From assembly GCA_963555755.3 (NCBI GenBank), contig OY820905.2, forward strand, positions 384,001 through 448,000: DNA of 64,000 bases. Reading direction: 5' to 3'. The notes beneath the pieces were generated by a model that saw only the letters and a list, made by a program, of their open reading frames with translations, was not told the DNA's origin and searched no databases. The position numbers and the translations under genes are program-made. Position 1 is the first letter of the stretch. The number at the start of each line of letters is the position of its first letter. The DNA is from Nitrospirales bacterium (lineage in GTDB: Bacteria > Nitrospirota > Nitrospiria > Nitrospirales > UBA8639). Positions 17,857 through 28,890 of this stretch are shown piece after piece.

Positions 17857-18773
17857 TAGTCGCCGGTCTCCAAAAATCGCTCGGCATCCATGGCGGCCAT
17901 GCACCCGGTGCCAGCGGCAGTAATCGCTTGGCGATAGTGAGAGTCTTGGACATCGCCGGCCGCAAAGACCCCTTGTACATTGGTAGCTGTACCGTGTGAT
18001 GTTAGGATGTAGCCGTTGGCATCCACATCGATCTGTCCACGGAAAATTTGGGTATTCGGCGTATGCCCAATTGCCACAAAGACCCCTTTGCATTCCAGTT
18101 CGTCCGTTTGATTGGTGATGGAATCCCGAAGACGAAGGCCGGTAACCACATCGTCACCCATCACTTCTTCCACAAACGAATTCCACTGAAACGATAGCTT
18201 TTCGTTTTTCATGGCTCTGTCTTGCATAATTTTTGACGCGCGAAGTTTGTCGCGACGATGGATCACCGTCACATGGCTCGCAAACTTGGTGAGAAAGGTC
18301 GCTTCTTCCATGGCACTGTCACCCCCACCGATCACCGTTATGGGCTGACCACGGAAAAAGAAACCATCGCAGGTCGCGCAAGTCGAAACTCCATGACCAA
18401 GGAGTCGACTTTCCGAAGGTAGACCCAAGAGGTTTGCTGAGGCACCGGTGGATATAATAATCGACTTGGCCTGGATTGTCTCTTCGTCATTAATCGTGAG
18501 GGTAAAGGGTCGGCGGCTGAAGTCGATTTTTGTCACATCAGCAGCCTGAAAAGTCGTACCAAACCGTTCTGCCTGGGCCCGCATATCTTGAATCAATTGC
18601 GGTCCCATAATTCCGGTGGGGAAGCCGGGATAATTTTCAACATCAGTAGTGAGTATGAGCTGGCCACCGGCTTGCGCCCCCTCGACCATAAACGGAGAGA
18701 GGTTAGCCCGAGCCGTGTAAATGGCCGCCGTTAGCCCCGCAGGCCCCGATCCAATAATGACAACATTGTGCAT
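17856..18773 (-). CDS. trxB: Thioredoxin reductase
   Basis: GSGPAG, CATCDG, GGGDSA. Confidence 0.97.
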   Translation of the reverse strand: MHNVVIIGSGPAGLTAAIYTARANLSPFMVEGAQAGGQLILTTDVENYPGFPTGIMGPQLIQDMRAQAERFGTTFQAADVTKIDFSRRPFTLTINDEETIQAKSIIISTGASANLLGLPSESRLLGHGVSTCATCDGFFFRGQPITVIGGGDSAMEEATFLTKFASHVTVIHRRDKLRASKIMQDRAMKNEKLSFQWNSFVEEVMGDDVVTGLRLRDSITNQTDELECKGVFVAIGHTPNTQIFRGQIDVDANGYILTSHGTATNVQGVFAAGDVQDSHYRQAITAAGTGCMAAMDAERFLETGD

Positions 18774-18917
18774 GTGAAAATCTTTCGGTTAAAAATAAAG
18801 AGTGTATGGTGTCAAAACGTAGCCTTTATCTTCCAGGCACATTTTGAATGAAACAATACATGATACCGATGTGAACGATTGTATGAAAAGCTGCTCCAGT
18901 CCAGAGAAAAAAGGTTA

Positions 18918-19071
18918 GGATTCGCGCAAGGATAACGTTCCTCTTTTTGGGTGCTGAGACACCTGTTTGGCAAGGCACGAGGACTGCGCATACTCCTAGG
19001 GAAAGGACGAGCAACGCCGCCAGACGGGATGGACGACGCCAAAAAAGGGGAAATTATCCCTGCGCGAACCC
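18918..19071. mobile_element. MITE family A, copy 2
   Basis: Same TIRs (variant); TTA on both flanks; abuts the coaE stop. Confidence 0.85.
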
Positions 19072-19692
19072 TTAGCGGCGTTTTGGTTGTAGGGCCTGTG
19101 CAGATAGGTCCCGATAGAGGTGGCGGATAATTCGGCGAAGCTGCTCTGGCGATAAAGTGCCATCAATCAGGTCATCGGCAAATCGCTTCTTTTGGCTCAA
19201 AGGCATTTGCCCTCGCATACGAGCTAAAGCCTCTTGCCGGGACAGTCCGTCCCGTTGGCACGCCCGGGCGATTTGGGTAGTCCGGTCAGCGGTAACCAGG
19301 AGCACGCGATCCATGCGTTCGTGGGCCTTTGCTTCAATGAGCAAGGCCGCATCATACATAATCACCGCATCCGGGCATTCCTTCGTGATGAGCCTCGTCA
19401 GACGAGCCTGCTCACGAGCCACGCGAGGGTGTACGATTCGGTTCAAGATCTTCAACTGTTTGGGACTGCGAAATACTCGTGCGGCCAAGGCTTCTCGATT
19501 TAACGTCCTGTCTGCATGCAGAATGTTTTTGCCAAAGGCGGCCACTAAGTCTTTCCAGGCCGCTCGACCAGGTTGGACCACGGCCCTTGCCACTTGATCT
19601 GCATCGATAATTTCCGCCCCGCACTGTTGAAACAGCTTCGCCACGGTGGTTTTCCCCGAGGCCAATCCTCCTGTTAATCCGACCAATACCAT
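19072..19692 (-). CDS. coaE: Dephospho-CoA kinase
   Basis: VGLTGGLASGKTTV, IIDADQVAR, LNRIVHP. Confidence 0.96.
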   Translation of the reverse strand: MVLVGLTGGLASGKTTVAKLFQQCGAEIIDADQVARAVVQPGRAAWKDLVAAFGKNILHADRTLNREALAARVFRSPKQLKILNRIVHPRVAREQARLTRLITKECPDAVIMYDAALLIEAKAHERMDRVLLVTADRTTQIARACQRDGLSRQEALARMRGQMPLSQKKRFADDLIDGTLSPEQLRRIIRHLYRDLSAQALQPKRR

Positions 19693-19979
19693 AGCACGAC
19701 ATAGTAAAGGCATTTTGGCACTACGTCGAGGGCTGATGTTGAAACAAGACTGGTCCGGGAAACTTGACCACCAAACTAAGCTTCCTGTATGTGCCTTAGA
19801 AGAGTGTATATTGTCCCAAGGAAGGACTGTTACATCTTGTGAGCCCCCAGTGTTTAACAACTGCGTTCCCAAATCAGTCCCCAAATGAGCCCCCCTTTGG
19901 AAAAGGGGGTTAGGGGGATTTTAGAAATAATTTTTTTTCATACCGTGCTAGTTGGGGCGGGGACTCCTAAAAGGAATTT

Positions 19980-21026
19980 ATGGTGATAGTTAGGCAATCC
20001 GTGCCAATGAGAGTGTTCATGATCGTGCTCTGTTTGTGGTGCGGGACTAGCCTGGCCGTAGCTCAACAGGGCTCAATACCTCAAGGCCCTGAACCACATG
20101 AGGGAGAAACCTGGACCGTAGCCTTGGATGGAACTGGCCACTTCATGTCGATTCAAGAAGCGATTGATCAAGCACACAACGGGGACATCATATATATTAA
20201 AGCCGGAGAGTATGTTGAAGATGTCACGGTGCACAGTAAGGAAGGGCTCAAAATCATTGGCGCGGGGATGAAGAAAGTGTTCATCGCCGGGTTAGAACGT
20301 GTGGGAACCCTGCATATTGGAAAATGGCCCTATGGCGCCACCAATGTTGAAATTAGTGGCATGACGATTCAGCAACACGGTGGTCTCGGCGTCGGCATTT
20401 TTAATGGCGCCGGAGTGACACTCAGGGATATTCACGTCAAGGGGCTAATCTTCAGCCAACAAGTCCAGAGGGTGCGAATTGAAAATTGTATTGTGGGTGG
20501 CAGTGAAACCACCGGAATATCCTTTGCCGACTCAGACGCCATTCTCATTGGCAATCTCATTCACGATAATGATCATGGGGTGTCCGTTGGCGGGAAGTCG
20601 AAAGTGGAGCTTAAACACAATGTAATTACCCGAAGTTTGTTTGAAGCTGTCTTAGTCGCTGATAAAGGTCAGGCTAGCGTTGTTCAAAATACACTGGTCA
20701 ACAATGGCGGCGGCGTGAAATTTCAAGACGAATCTTCAGGAGAAATCCGAGGCAATATTATCACTCACTCAAAAGTAGGCGTGGCGTATTCCTCTAAAAA
20801 CAAGGTGACCAGATCTTATAACGTATTCCATAACAATAAAATCCATGATCAAATAAATGGAATGACCGTCGAATTGGCATCAACCAATAACGCAACGACT
20901 GCCCTCTACGTCCAACCTCATTTTGTTGGCCCTGAACGCGGAGACTTCCGATTAAAAACAGACTCTCCCCTTTTGGGTGTTGGCGATTTCCCCTTTCTTG
21001 GGGCTCTGGGTTCTTTAGTCGAATAA
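19980..21026 (+). CDS. Secreted right-handed beta-helix (pectin-lyase-like) protein
   Basis: Signal peptide, SIQEAIDQA..IKAGEY, Asn/Gly beta-helix repeats, C-terminal DFRLKTDSP. Confidence 0.8.
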   Translation: MVIVRQSVPMRVFMIVLCLWCGTSLAVAQQGSIPQGPEPHEGETWTVALDGTGHFMSIQEAIDQAHNGDIIYIKAGEYVEDVTVHSKEGLKIIGAGMKKVFIAGLERVGTLHIGKWPYGATNVEISGMTIQQHGGLGVGIFNGAGVTLRDIHVKGLIFSQQVQRVRIENCIVGGSETTGISFADSDAILIGNLIHDNDHGVSVGGKSKVELKHNVITRSLFEAVLVADKGQASVVQNTLVNNGGGVKFQDESSGEIRGNIITHSKVGVAYSSKNKVTRSYNVFHNNKIHDQINGMTVELASTNNATTALYVQPHFVGPERGDFRLKTDSPLLGVGDFPFLGALGSLVE

Positions 21027-21415
21027 CATTCTTTCCGTTTTTCCTGATCTTTCAGTTCAACAGCTCTTCCAATCAACCTAAAAACGGCAGTGACATAGCA
21101 GCTCTCCCGTTCCTGCTTCGACCCTTCGACATACTCAGGACTCAGCACAAACGGAGTGTCGTGGCCGCTACCCGTTGGGTGAGAGTCCGTTCGTCCTGAG
21201 CGCTGCGGTCCTTCGGTTTCGCCATACCTCACGAGAGACCGTGGGCGTATACACCCCCAGGACTTGGGCAATCGTGGTCTGAGTCTGACGGGTGTACGGT
21301 AGGGCATAGATCTAATACCGTGCTTTTTGATTGAGTTGGAAGTAGGGTCTCATGAGTGTTCCTTTGATTGGCTGACCGAAAGGGACGGTGCAGAGCCTAC
21401 CGCAGCTCGCCCTTA

Positions 21416-21572
21416 GGGTTCGCGCAAGAATAACTTCACATTTGGGGGTGTTGAGACGCCTGTCTGGCAAGGCGCGAGGACTGCGCATACTCCTCGTATG
21501 GAAGGGACGAGCAACGCCGCCAGACGGGATGGATCGACGCCCAAACATGGGAAGTTATTCTTGCGCGAACCC
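21416..21572. mobile_element. MITE family A, copy 3
   Basis: TIRs and TTA on both flanks. Confidence 0.88.
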
Positions 21573-21585
21573 TTAAGACCAACTC

Positions 21586-21990
21586 TCAAAGTTGCCCTGA
21601 CAAGTTGAATGCACGCCCAAATAAATGACAGGTCTGCAGATAGGCTTTCCCGCACGCACGCTCTTTCTGTGATGGCACCTGGTGCAGGGTGATCGGGGCA
21701 ACGGCGGCGAGGGTGTCAGTGATCGGCGCCGTGGCAGGCGGCTCTTGAAACGCAGGGATGGGGTGGCCCGGCGCCTGTTTGACTTGCTTGGCAGGCAGGG
21801 GCACAATCCCGTGTGCTTCTAGCTCCTCCATCAACAAGGTCATACAGGACGGCACCTTGTACTGGCCAATGGGCGTGGTCCAGCGGAGAGTCTCACCCAC
21901 GGTGCGCGCCAATTCCTTCCGACTCAGGTTGGGGAATAGCTGGACGATTTTCTGCACCTGCGCCAGCTGTTTTCAGGTGAACCCTAAGGC
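21586..21990 (-). pseudogene. DUF4338-family fragment (IS-associated)
   Basis: LSRKELARTV.E.L.W.TP.G..K..SC..L..ELEAHG..PLP resembles the N-terminus of 41490-42377; truncated. Confidence 0.65.
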
Positions 21991-22349
21991 AAAAAGGGGT
22001 GGCATCCAGGATATGCATGATGGCCCGCCAACGCAGCTGCAGGAAGCTTTGAACCCGAGCGTACGCTTGATGGAGAAGGGGTTGAGGCGACTGAGAACAC
22101 AGTGTAGAGGCTTTCCCGGGTGTTCTGGAAAGGTGAAGATCCATAAGCTTGGCCTACTTGTCCGCCACCGTTTCACTACCAAGACTAGGTGCTTGTGGCA
22201 CCTTCGGATTTTTTCAACGAAATCCGCCGAAGGGCTGGTGAAGGTGTAGAACCAGAGGAGATGTTCTTGAAGTTTAAATTTGGTAATTATATACTTGTGT
22301 GACCTAGATAATTATGATATGATCCTTCTATAATAAAAAGGAGATTGTC

Positions 22350-23267
22350 ATGATTAAGCAATTCGCCAGCCTCTACGAAATGATGGGAACCTTCCCAGAC
22401 GAGCAATCCTGCATTGATCATCTCCGTAGCATCAGATGGAAAAGTGGAGCCTACTGTCCTCACTGCGGTGCCAATAAGGTTTATCATTTCACGGATAACA
22501 GGAACCATAAATGTGGGATTTGCTTGCGCCGCTTTAGCATAAAAGTTGGGACTATTTTTGAAGATAGTAAAATCTCTCTCCGGAAATGGTTTATGGCCAT
22601 CTATCTTATTACTTCACATAAGAAGGGCATCGCTTCAACCCAATTAGCTAAGGATATTAAGGTTACTCAAAAGACTGCCTGGTTCATGCTTCAAAGGCTA
22701 CGGTTTGCAACAGAAACTAAATCCTTTCGTGAGCCATTGACTGGGCAAATAGAGATTGACGAAACCTACATTGGCGGTAAAGAAAAGAATAAACATGCCT
22801 GGAAGAAGAAGGAAGGGACTCAGGGACGAAGCACTAAAACTAAGGCTATAGTAATTGGCATGATCGAGAGGGGTGGGGAAATCCGAGTAAAGAAACTTCC
22901 CGATGGCAAGACCAGCACAGTTAGCAAGCAAGTTTTTAGTAACGTCAAAGAAGGTTCAAGGGTCATTACTGATGACTTCAAATCGTACGGTCTTCTAGCT
23001 AGCAAATATAAACATGAAGTTGTCACGCATAGCGTAGGAGAATATAGCGTTGGGGATCGGCACACTAATACCATTGAGGGTGTCTGGTCTCTTCTGAAGC
23101 GAGGAATAATCGGAATCTATCACCATGTCAGCCCCAAGCATTTACCCTTTTACCTGCATGAATTTGCTTATAGATATAACACGATAGGTTTAACTGAAGG
23201 GCAAAGAGTCAATGCGCTGTTAGGCCAGTGTGGTGGACGCATTACCTATAAGGAGGTGATTGCATGA
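22350..23267 (+). CDS. IS1595-family transposase
   Basis: Zn ribbon CPHC..CGIC, EIDETYIGG, ITDD, HTNTIEG, YLHEFAYRYN. Confidence 0.95.
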   Translation: MIKQFASLYEMMGTFPDEQSCIDHLRSIRWKSGAYCPHCGANKVYHFTDNRNHKCGICLRRFSIKVGTIFEDSKISLRKWFMAIYLITSHKKGIASTQLAKDIKVTQKTAWFMLQRLRFATETKSFREPLTGQIEIDETYIGGKEKNKHAWKKKEGTQGRSTKTKAIVIGMIERGGEIRVKKLPDGKTSTVSKQVFSNVKEGSRVITDDFKSYGLLASKYKHEVVTHSVGEYSVGDRHTNTIEGVWSLLKRGIIGIYHHVSPKHLPFYLHEFAYRYNTIGLTEGQRVNALLGQCGGRITYKEVIA

Positions 23268-24244
23268 GTAAGGAAACGGAAGAGAGCAGTGGGTACGAAA
23301 AGCCCATCAAGATAGATATAAGCACAGAAGAAGCCATACAACGCTTTGCAAAAGTTACAAAGGAAGAAATTAGTCAGCAGAGCGGGAATAAGGACGTGCT
23401 CCCAGAGGGAGAGACTCAATTAGTCATGTTTCGTGGCAAAGAGATTCGCCAGGTTTTACATGATGATGAATGGTTTTTCTCCATTGTTGATGTAATTGAA
23501 GCCCTGACTGGATCTGATCGTCCGAGTAAATATTGGAAGGACTTAAAGAAGCAACTCATTGAAAAAGAAGACTTTTTTGAGATTTCCGATAGAATCGGAA
23601 ATCTCCCCATGCCCACATCGGATGGGAAAATGCGTGGGACAGAGTCGGCGAATGCCGAAACCATCTTTAGAATTGTGCAATCCATCCCTTCCAAAAAAGC
23701 CGAACCTTTCAAGAAGTGGCTAGCCAAGGTTGGCTATGAGCGAATTCAGGAAAGTCAAGACCCAGAAATTGCCATTAAAAGAGCAATGCTCACTTATAAG
23801 ACCAAGGGGCATACGGATGAGTGGATCAACTCTCGCATACAAACAATAGCTAGCCGAAAAGAATTAACCAGTGAGTGGAAAAAGAGGGGCGTGGAAGATG
23901 GGCATCAATTCGCAATTTTGACCAACACTATATCTAAGGGGACGTTTGACTTACAGGTTCACCAACATAAGGCAAAAAAAGGACTCGAGAAGTCTCACAA
24001 TCTGAGAGACCATATGTCTCCTCTAGAACTGGCGTTAACAATGCTTGGCGAAACGACAACTGCTGAAATGGCAAAGACGCAAAACGCACAGGGGTTTCCT
24101 GAGAACCAGAATGCAGCTAAAGCTGGTGGGGATGTTGCTGGAAGCGCAAGGAAAAATATTGAAAAGAAAATTGGCAAATCGGTGGTCACCAAGGAAAATT
24201 TTCTTCCTGGCCCAAAGCCAGAGCAAACAAAATTCCCTGAATAG
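23264..24244 (+). CDS. Bro-N (phage antirepressor-like) passenger protein
   Basis: FRGKEIR..EWFFSIVDVIEALT..RIVQSIPSKKAEPFKKWLAKVG..NLRDHM. Confidence 0.85.
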   Translation: MSKETEESSGYEKPIKIDISTEEAIQRFAKVTKEEISQQSGNKDVLPEGETQLVMFRGKEIRQVLHDDEWFFSIVDVIEALTGSDRPSKYWKDLKKQLIEKEDFFEISDRIGNLPMPTSDGKMRGTESANAETIFRIVQSIPSKKAEPFKKWLAKVGYERIQESQDPEIAIKRAMLTYKTKGHTDEWINSRIQTIASRKELTSEWKKRGVEDGHQFAILTNTISKGTFDLQVHQHKAKKGLEKSHNLRDHMSPLELALTMLGETTTAEMAKTQNAQGFPENQNAAKAGGDVAGSARKNIEKKIGKSVVTKENFLPGPKPEQTKFPE

Positions 24245-24483
24245 CCCTTCCCTTTTATTTCCTGCAAAAAAGTAGGTCAGTCATGTATATAGTTACCTTA
24301 ATTTTCCATTCATCGTGTGAGGCAACCTCAATCTGTCTGGACAGATCTTACCGTCATCGGGTCAACGTCGGGGGAGTTTGCACACACTATGACAAGGCAT
24401 TACTGGGGTTGTGCAGGGGAAAGGCCTATCGAATAGGGGTTAGATCTTTCGAGTTAGGGCCTCATGATTCGGGCCCGTCTTCA

Positions 24484-25110
24484 TCATTCTTCCTTATCTT
24501 CTGGTTCCCCCGAAGAAGGGGGTTTCCGGCAATTGATTGGGACAGCCGGGTTAGCGGGGTCGCTCCCGCAGCCAACGGCGGATGCTTCGAAACGAATACT
24601 GTTATAGGTTGAGGCCCCTTGGAAGGTCACCAGATCCATTGGGATATCCATGCTAGGACTGCGAACGCCGCGAATGTCTTTTCCCACTTTGATGAGGGAA
24701 AAATCTTCCCCGGTGATAGGGTCTTTGTAGACCGCCTGGAGATAACGCTTGGGCCGTTTGGTCAAATCTTCCAACTTGAGGGGATATCGGTTAGACCTGG
24801 TGGCTTTTTGCACTTCATAATCAGCGACATAGCGTTCGATGGCTTCTTTGATCCGATTACCGCGAAAAGCCAATTCAGCCTCCCGGTCGCGTTTCATGAC
24901 CACTGACCAATGTTGAGTGACCGCCATCAGCGTGATGCTCAGGAGGACAATGATAAACATCATCATTAAATACGTCGCGCCGTGTTGGGTGAAGGGTAGC
25001 CAACGACAGCTCTCATCGCGTGGTGTCGGAAAAGGTAGACGAGATTTTTTCACCGCGTTACACCGGCCATCGTTCTTCCCGCCAGGCCATGTCCCAAAAC
25101 ATCCATTCAT
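24484..25110 (-). CDS. Type II secretion pseudopilin-like protein (start uncertain)
   Basis: G/ATYLMMM prepilin-like segment; KRDREAEL.FRG; KRYLQAVYKDPITG. Confidence 0.75.
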   Translation of the reverse strand: MNGCFGTWPGGKNDGRCNAVKKSRLPFPTPRDESCRWLPFTQHGATYLMMMFIIVLLSITLMAVTQHWSVVMKRDREAELAFRGNRIKEAIERYVADYEVQKATRSNRYPLKLEDLTKRPKRYLQAVYKDPITGEDFSLIKVGKDIRGVRSPSMDIPMDLVTFQGASTYNSIRFEASAVGCGSDPANPAVPINCRKPPSSGEPEDKEE

Positions 25111-25726
25111 AGCGGGAACTGATCAGAAAGGCTTCGATCAGTCGATCCTTTTCGGCTTTTCCAGCGGATTGGGCTTCACGATCGACAAGGGCTCGCATCC
25201 AACGGGTGACCTCTGCAAACTCGGGGGACCCATACAGCAGTAGCCAGTCCCGATAGGGATGTTTGGGAGAAGGCTCTCCCTTCCGCAATAAGTGTTGTCC
25301 CACCACGCAGTACACCCACGCACAGGGCAGAGCTACCACAGTCAGTTCCGCCAATGTGCCAGTTTGAGCCACACTGCGCATGTGGCGACAGTACGCATAA
25401 TTGGTGGGAGACAGCGGGGTGTTGCACATATCCTTGGCAGTGAGCTTCCACTGTTTGCCGTAGGTTTCATGCAGCCCGCGTTCGACCACAATTGTTTCTT
25501 CGACCAGTTTAGCAAAATAAAGGGCGGTGTCGGGATCGTGTGCCCGGTGCGCTCCCAGAGCAAACACGCGAGCGAGCTCTTCCAAGTAGCGGGCATCCTG
25601 AAGAATATAATATTGAAACTTTCGGGTCGGCAGGGTCCCTTTGCCCAAGGCCTTCACAAAGGGGTGCTGCAACTGGGCATCCCAGATGGGCTTTGCTAAC
25701 GTTCGCATGTGATCCGTGAAGCTCAC
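25058..25726 (-). CDS. tenA: Thiaminase II / TenA
   Basis: HPFVKALGKGTL..FQYYILQDARYL, LPCAWVY, YEWMFWDMAW; GTG start with RBS. Confidence 0.93.
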   Translation of the reverse strand: MSFTDHMRTLAKPIWDAQLQHPFVKALGKGTLPTRKFQYYILQDARYLEELARVFALGAHRAHDPDTALYFAKLVEETIVVERGLHETYGKQWKLTAKDMCNTPLSPTNYAYCRHMRSVAQTGTLAELTVVALPCAWVYCVVGQHLLRKGEPSPKHPYRDWLLLYGSPEFAEVTRWMRALVDREAQSAGKAEKDRLIEAFLISSRYEWMFWDMAWREERWPV

Positions 25727-25775
25727 AAGATGACTCCATATTCTGAGGTGTGGAAATTTCGATTGATATTTTTGG

Positions 25776-26429
25776 TTACAACAGCTTTCGCGCAGCTTCA
25801 AATGCCGCGTCCATATCGGGCATGGTCGCGAGGTCGGGTGTGATTTGCAGATATTGAATGACATTGTTCTGATCAACCACCATGATCGCGCGAGCCAGCA
25901 CATGCGGACCTTCTAATAACAGGCCATAGGTTCGACCAAAATCTCCGCCCCGATAATCGGAAAGAAACGTGACATTGTTGATCTTGGCGTCTTTGGCAAA
26001 ACGATCTTGGGCAAATGGCGTGTCCACGCTAATCGTGTACAGATCGACTTGCGCATCGAGGCCGCGATTCTTTTCGCTGAGGTAATGCGTTTGTTGTTCG
26101 CAGACTTTGGTGTCAAGTGACGGCACCATGCTAATCACCCGCACTGTGCCCTTGGTCGAGGCAATGTCCAGGAGTGACAAATCTCCTTTTGCCACATTAA
26201 CCGGTCGAAGTGAGTCACCTTTAGAAATGCCTGTCCCGGATAATGCAAGGGCAGTCCCTCGAAACTGAATGCTCGAACCCTGTCCCGCGGTGGCCGTTCC
26301 TGTGGCGACAGGAATGGATTGGTATGAAAAGCTAGAATCGGTTTCGGGAGACAAAGACCCACATCCGTGTAATTCTAAACCGATGATGAAGCTACAAAGA
26401 ATGATGGAAAATCGTGCGATGGTATTCAT
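25776..26429 (-). CDS. tpx: Tpx-type thiol peroxidase with lipoprotein signal
   Basis: VPSLDTKVC, ISVDTPFAQ, LARAIMVVD; LHGC lipobox-like motif. Confidence 0.85.
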   Translation of the reverse strand: MNTIARFSIILCSFIIGLELHGCGSLSPETDSSFSYQSIPVATGTATAGQGSSIQFRGTALALSGTGISKGDSLRPVNVAKGDLSLLDIASTKGTVRVISMVPSLDTKVCEQQTHYLSEKNRGLDAQVDLYTISVDTPFAQDRFAKDAKINNVTFLSDYRGGDFGRTYGLLLEGPHVLARAIMVVDQNNVIQYLQITPDLATMPDMDAAFEAARKLL

Positions 26430-26537
26430 GGGTGGCACCTCCGGGATGCGCGTGTTTCTCGGAATCAATTTGGCGAGGAAATGTGAAGTCAGGATAGGTA
26501 TACGACGAGGTTAGATGGGTGTCAAGATGAAGTCTTT

Positions 26538-27090
26538 TGCGGGGTTTCGGCCTCGCACGACAAGGCTCTTTCGGCTTGGCTCAGGCCAGGCCTTTTGTTT
26601 CGGAAAAAGGACTCAAAACCATTTTGCCCGTGTGCGGCTCTTCGGGTGCCTTCGCCTCCGCAACGAATCATTTGGCTGCGCAACTCGCTCCGCCAAGGCG
26701 GTGTTCGCCAGTGTGGCCGATTTGGTGCTGCGGCTCCGCCGTACCCAAGGCGACCGTGTTGTCATTTCGAGCAGAGCGAGAAATCTCTTCGAAGGGGGGA
26801 GGATTAGATTTCTCCCGCTGGTCGAAATGACAAACGGAAAGACGGGATTCCCGCTTCAAACCGCGGGGATGACGGTGGCGAATTGGTGGGGCGGTGGTTG
26901 TATTGAATAAAGAAGCATGTTGTGTCTTTTGGAAAAACATAAGAAAAATTACGAAAATTGGAGTTGTCTGTGATCACGGCTGAAATTATTGCGGTGGGGT
27001 CTGACTTCTCTGGAATTCTGCCGGGACGGCTCCAGGATTTTCTTTGAAATGGAAACGATGCAGAATCTTTTGCTTGCCAGGTGTAAGCCA
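26538..27090 (+). pseudogene. cinA: Diverged duplicate of the cinA upstream region plus internally deleted cinA 5' fragment
   Basis: Homologous to 51644-52145 joined to 52483-52578; continues at 50464 beyond the composite transposon. Confidence 0.8.
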
Positions 27091-28078
27091 CCTGCATACC
27101 GGCTTAACCCCAGTTGCTACTAGATTTTGTGGGTCCTCTGAATTTTTTGGAGCGGAGCCGGGTCGACTGCGATAGCATTTTCCAGGAGTCGATGAAACAA
27201 GAGGCCCCGAGAGCGCGAGGTCCGACGATTGAATCGAAAGATAAATTCATTCAGGTAGGCGTCGAGGTACTTATGATCAAGGCGTCCCTGGTATGTGCCC
27301 AGTAGCCAACGTTTCACCAGTGAAATGGCACGGTGGACTCGTGGCAACAGGTTGTCCGCGTCTGGGTCGTGATTTCCCCCAACATCGGGCTTTCGCATTG
27401 GTTTGTGCGCATACCCTTCGTCTGCCAGACAGCAATAACTTGTGAGTCCGTCGGTTATAATCGTACTGCCAGGCTCAACATGCTGCTGAACGAAATTCTT
27501 GACATCCGCGCTCGTCCGGCCCTTAAGCGTTTGCATTCGCATTCGCCCACTTCCTTTGTCTTTGATTTCCACGGCAACGCCAACAAGTTGCTTGTTTCCT
27601 TCTCCACCCAACTAGGCTTCATCCACTTCAACTTGCCCGGCAAGACGGTTGCGGGAGGGGCGACCCATCGCAACCCGTAATTTATGAAGCATGAGCCACG
27701 CAGGCTCGTGACCGCTCATCCCCAACACCCTTTGCAACGTTTGAGCGCTCGCTCCATTTTTCTGGCTTGTAAACCACCAGATTGCCTGAAACCAAATGCG
27801 CAACGGGATACGAGAATCTTGAAAAATCGTTCCGGCCAAGGGTGACTGCTGATATTGACAGCTGGAGCACATCGACAACCCTCGCTTGGTTTTCCACCTC
27901 TTTTGATTCCCACATTTCACACAGGTATACCCGTCTGGCCATCGAAGCTTCTCAATATGGGTGCGACAGGCCTCCTCAGTAAAAAAACGGGTCATCAGAT
28001 CGGCCATGTCCTTGGGGTAACTCACCATGTCGCAAAACACTACATAGTGGGGCAACTGGAGTCAAGCCGGTATGCAGG
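27091..28078 (-). mobile_element. IS1595-family element type X, copy A (transposase with internal stop)
   Basis: TIR CCTGCATACCGGCTT.AC.CCAGTTGC; ORF split by TAG at 27612-27614 where copy B has TAT. Confidence 0.92.
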
Positions 28079-28308
28079 GCCGAAAGCGATTCAACCTGGG
28101 GTATGGTGTGAATGGTGGAGTCCTTTGCTTGGACACTGTACCGGGCAAGTTGTCTCGCTGACCGTAGGGGGCTATGTGGTAACGAATCATTCCGTCATAG
28201 GCCCACATGAGCAGGTCGAGATTCCCGTTGCTTGGCTTTGTGGCGTGTATCGAGAGCAGCAAACACCATATTAAACCTTAACAAAGAACCGAAAACCATT
28301 AAAGGATA

Positions 28309-28890
28309 GTGACCAAAGAGGAGGACAAAGAGATGGGAAATCTTCTGGAAACCTTAATGAAACAGGCCGCCATAGATGCGGAAGAACAAGCCGATTTAAT
28401 GTCCGATGACAATGCGGTGGTCCTTAGCGCAGAATCTGAATCCTTTGGCCTTGGCCAAGAGATTTGGTGGAAGCCAAAGCTAGCCACAGACGAATTGGGA
28501 CCAGGGACAATTCTTTTCCGAAAAATTGACTACACGCTCCTTCATAAGCCGACAGTCAATCAAAGACCACAAAGGAAAGAGGACTTACCTTGTTCCTTCT
28601 ATGGCCAAATGGTCTCTAAGGTGCTCGTGGAATTTCAGGGAATGGAATGTCTGGTTATTCCATCCACCATCACCAGGCGGGGAGCCCATTCCCTTGATCC
28701 CCTTTTAGGAACATCCGAAGACACTGAGAACTTGGTGTTTTGCAAATGTGAGGTACCAACTGTGGGCCCCGAGGTCGGGTTATGTGAGTGCATTTGCGGA
28801 AAACCACTTGAGCTGTGCATTTGTTGTATATGCGGGGCAATCGTCAAAATCCCAGTAGTGGACTCTGCATTTATGGAACCATGTCTTTAA
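28309..28890 (+). CDS. Hypothetical protein with Cys-rich C-terminus
   Basis: ORF; CKC..CECICG..CICCICG. Confidence 0.55.
   Translation: MTKEEDKEMGNLLETLMKQAAIDAEEQADLMSDDNAVVLSAESESFGLGQEIWWKPKLATDELGPGTILFRKIDYTLLHKPTVNQRPQRKEDLPCSFYGQMVSKVLVEFQGMECLVIPSTITRRGAHSLDPLLGTSEDTENLVFCKCEVPTVGPEVGLCECICGKPLELCICCICGAIVKIPVVDSAFMEPCL

Larger units (their letters stand above)
22282..24297 (+). mobile_element. IS1595-family transporter IS with passenger gene
   Basis: TIRs GGTAATTATATAC..TGACCTA / TAGGTCA..GTATATAGTTACC; near-perfect 8-bp flanks TTAAATTT / TTAATTTT; AT-rich. Confidence 0.88.

Noticed and set aside
17857..18093. Long N-terminal extensions of thiI (also coaE, tenA and the 11718 ORF)
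   Set aside because: They overlap neighbouring genes or MITEs; family homology begins at downstream starts
27612..27614. Programmed read-through or recoding of the IS1595 stop codon
   Set aside because: Copy B has TAT at this codon, so a simple nonsense mutation or sequencing error explains it
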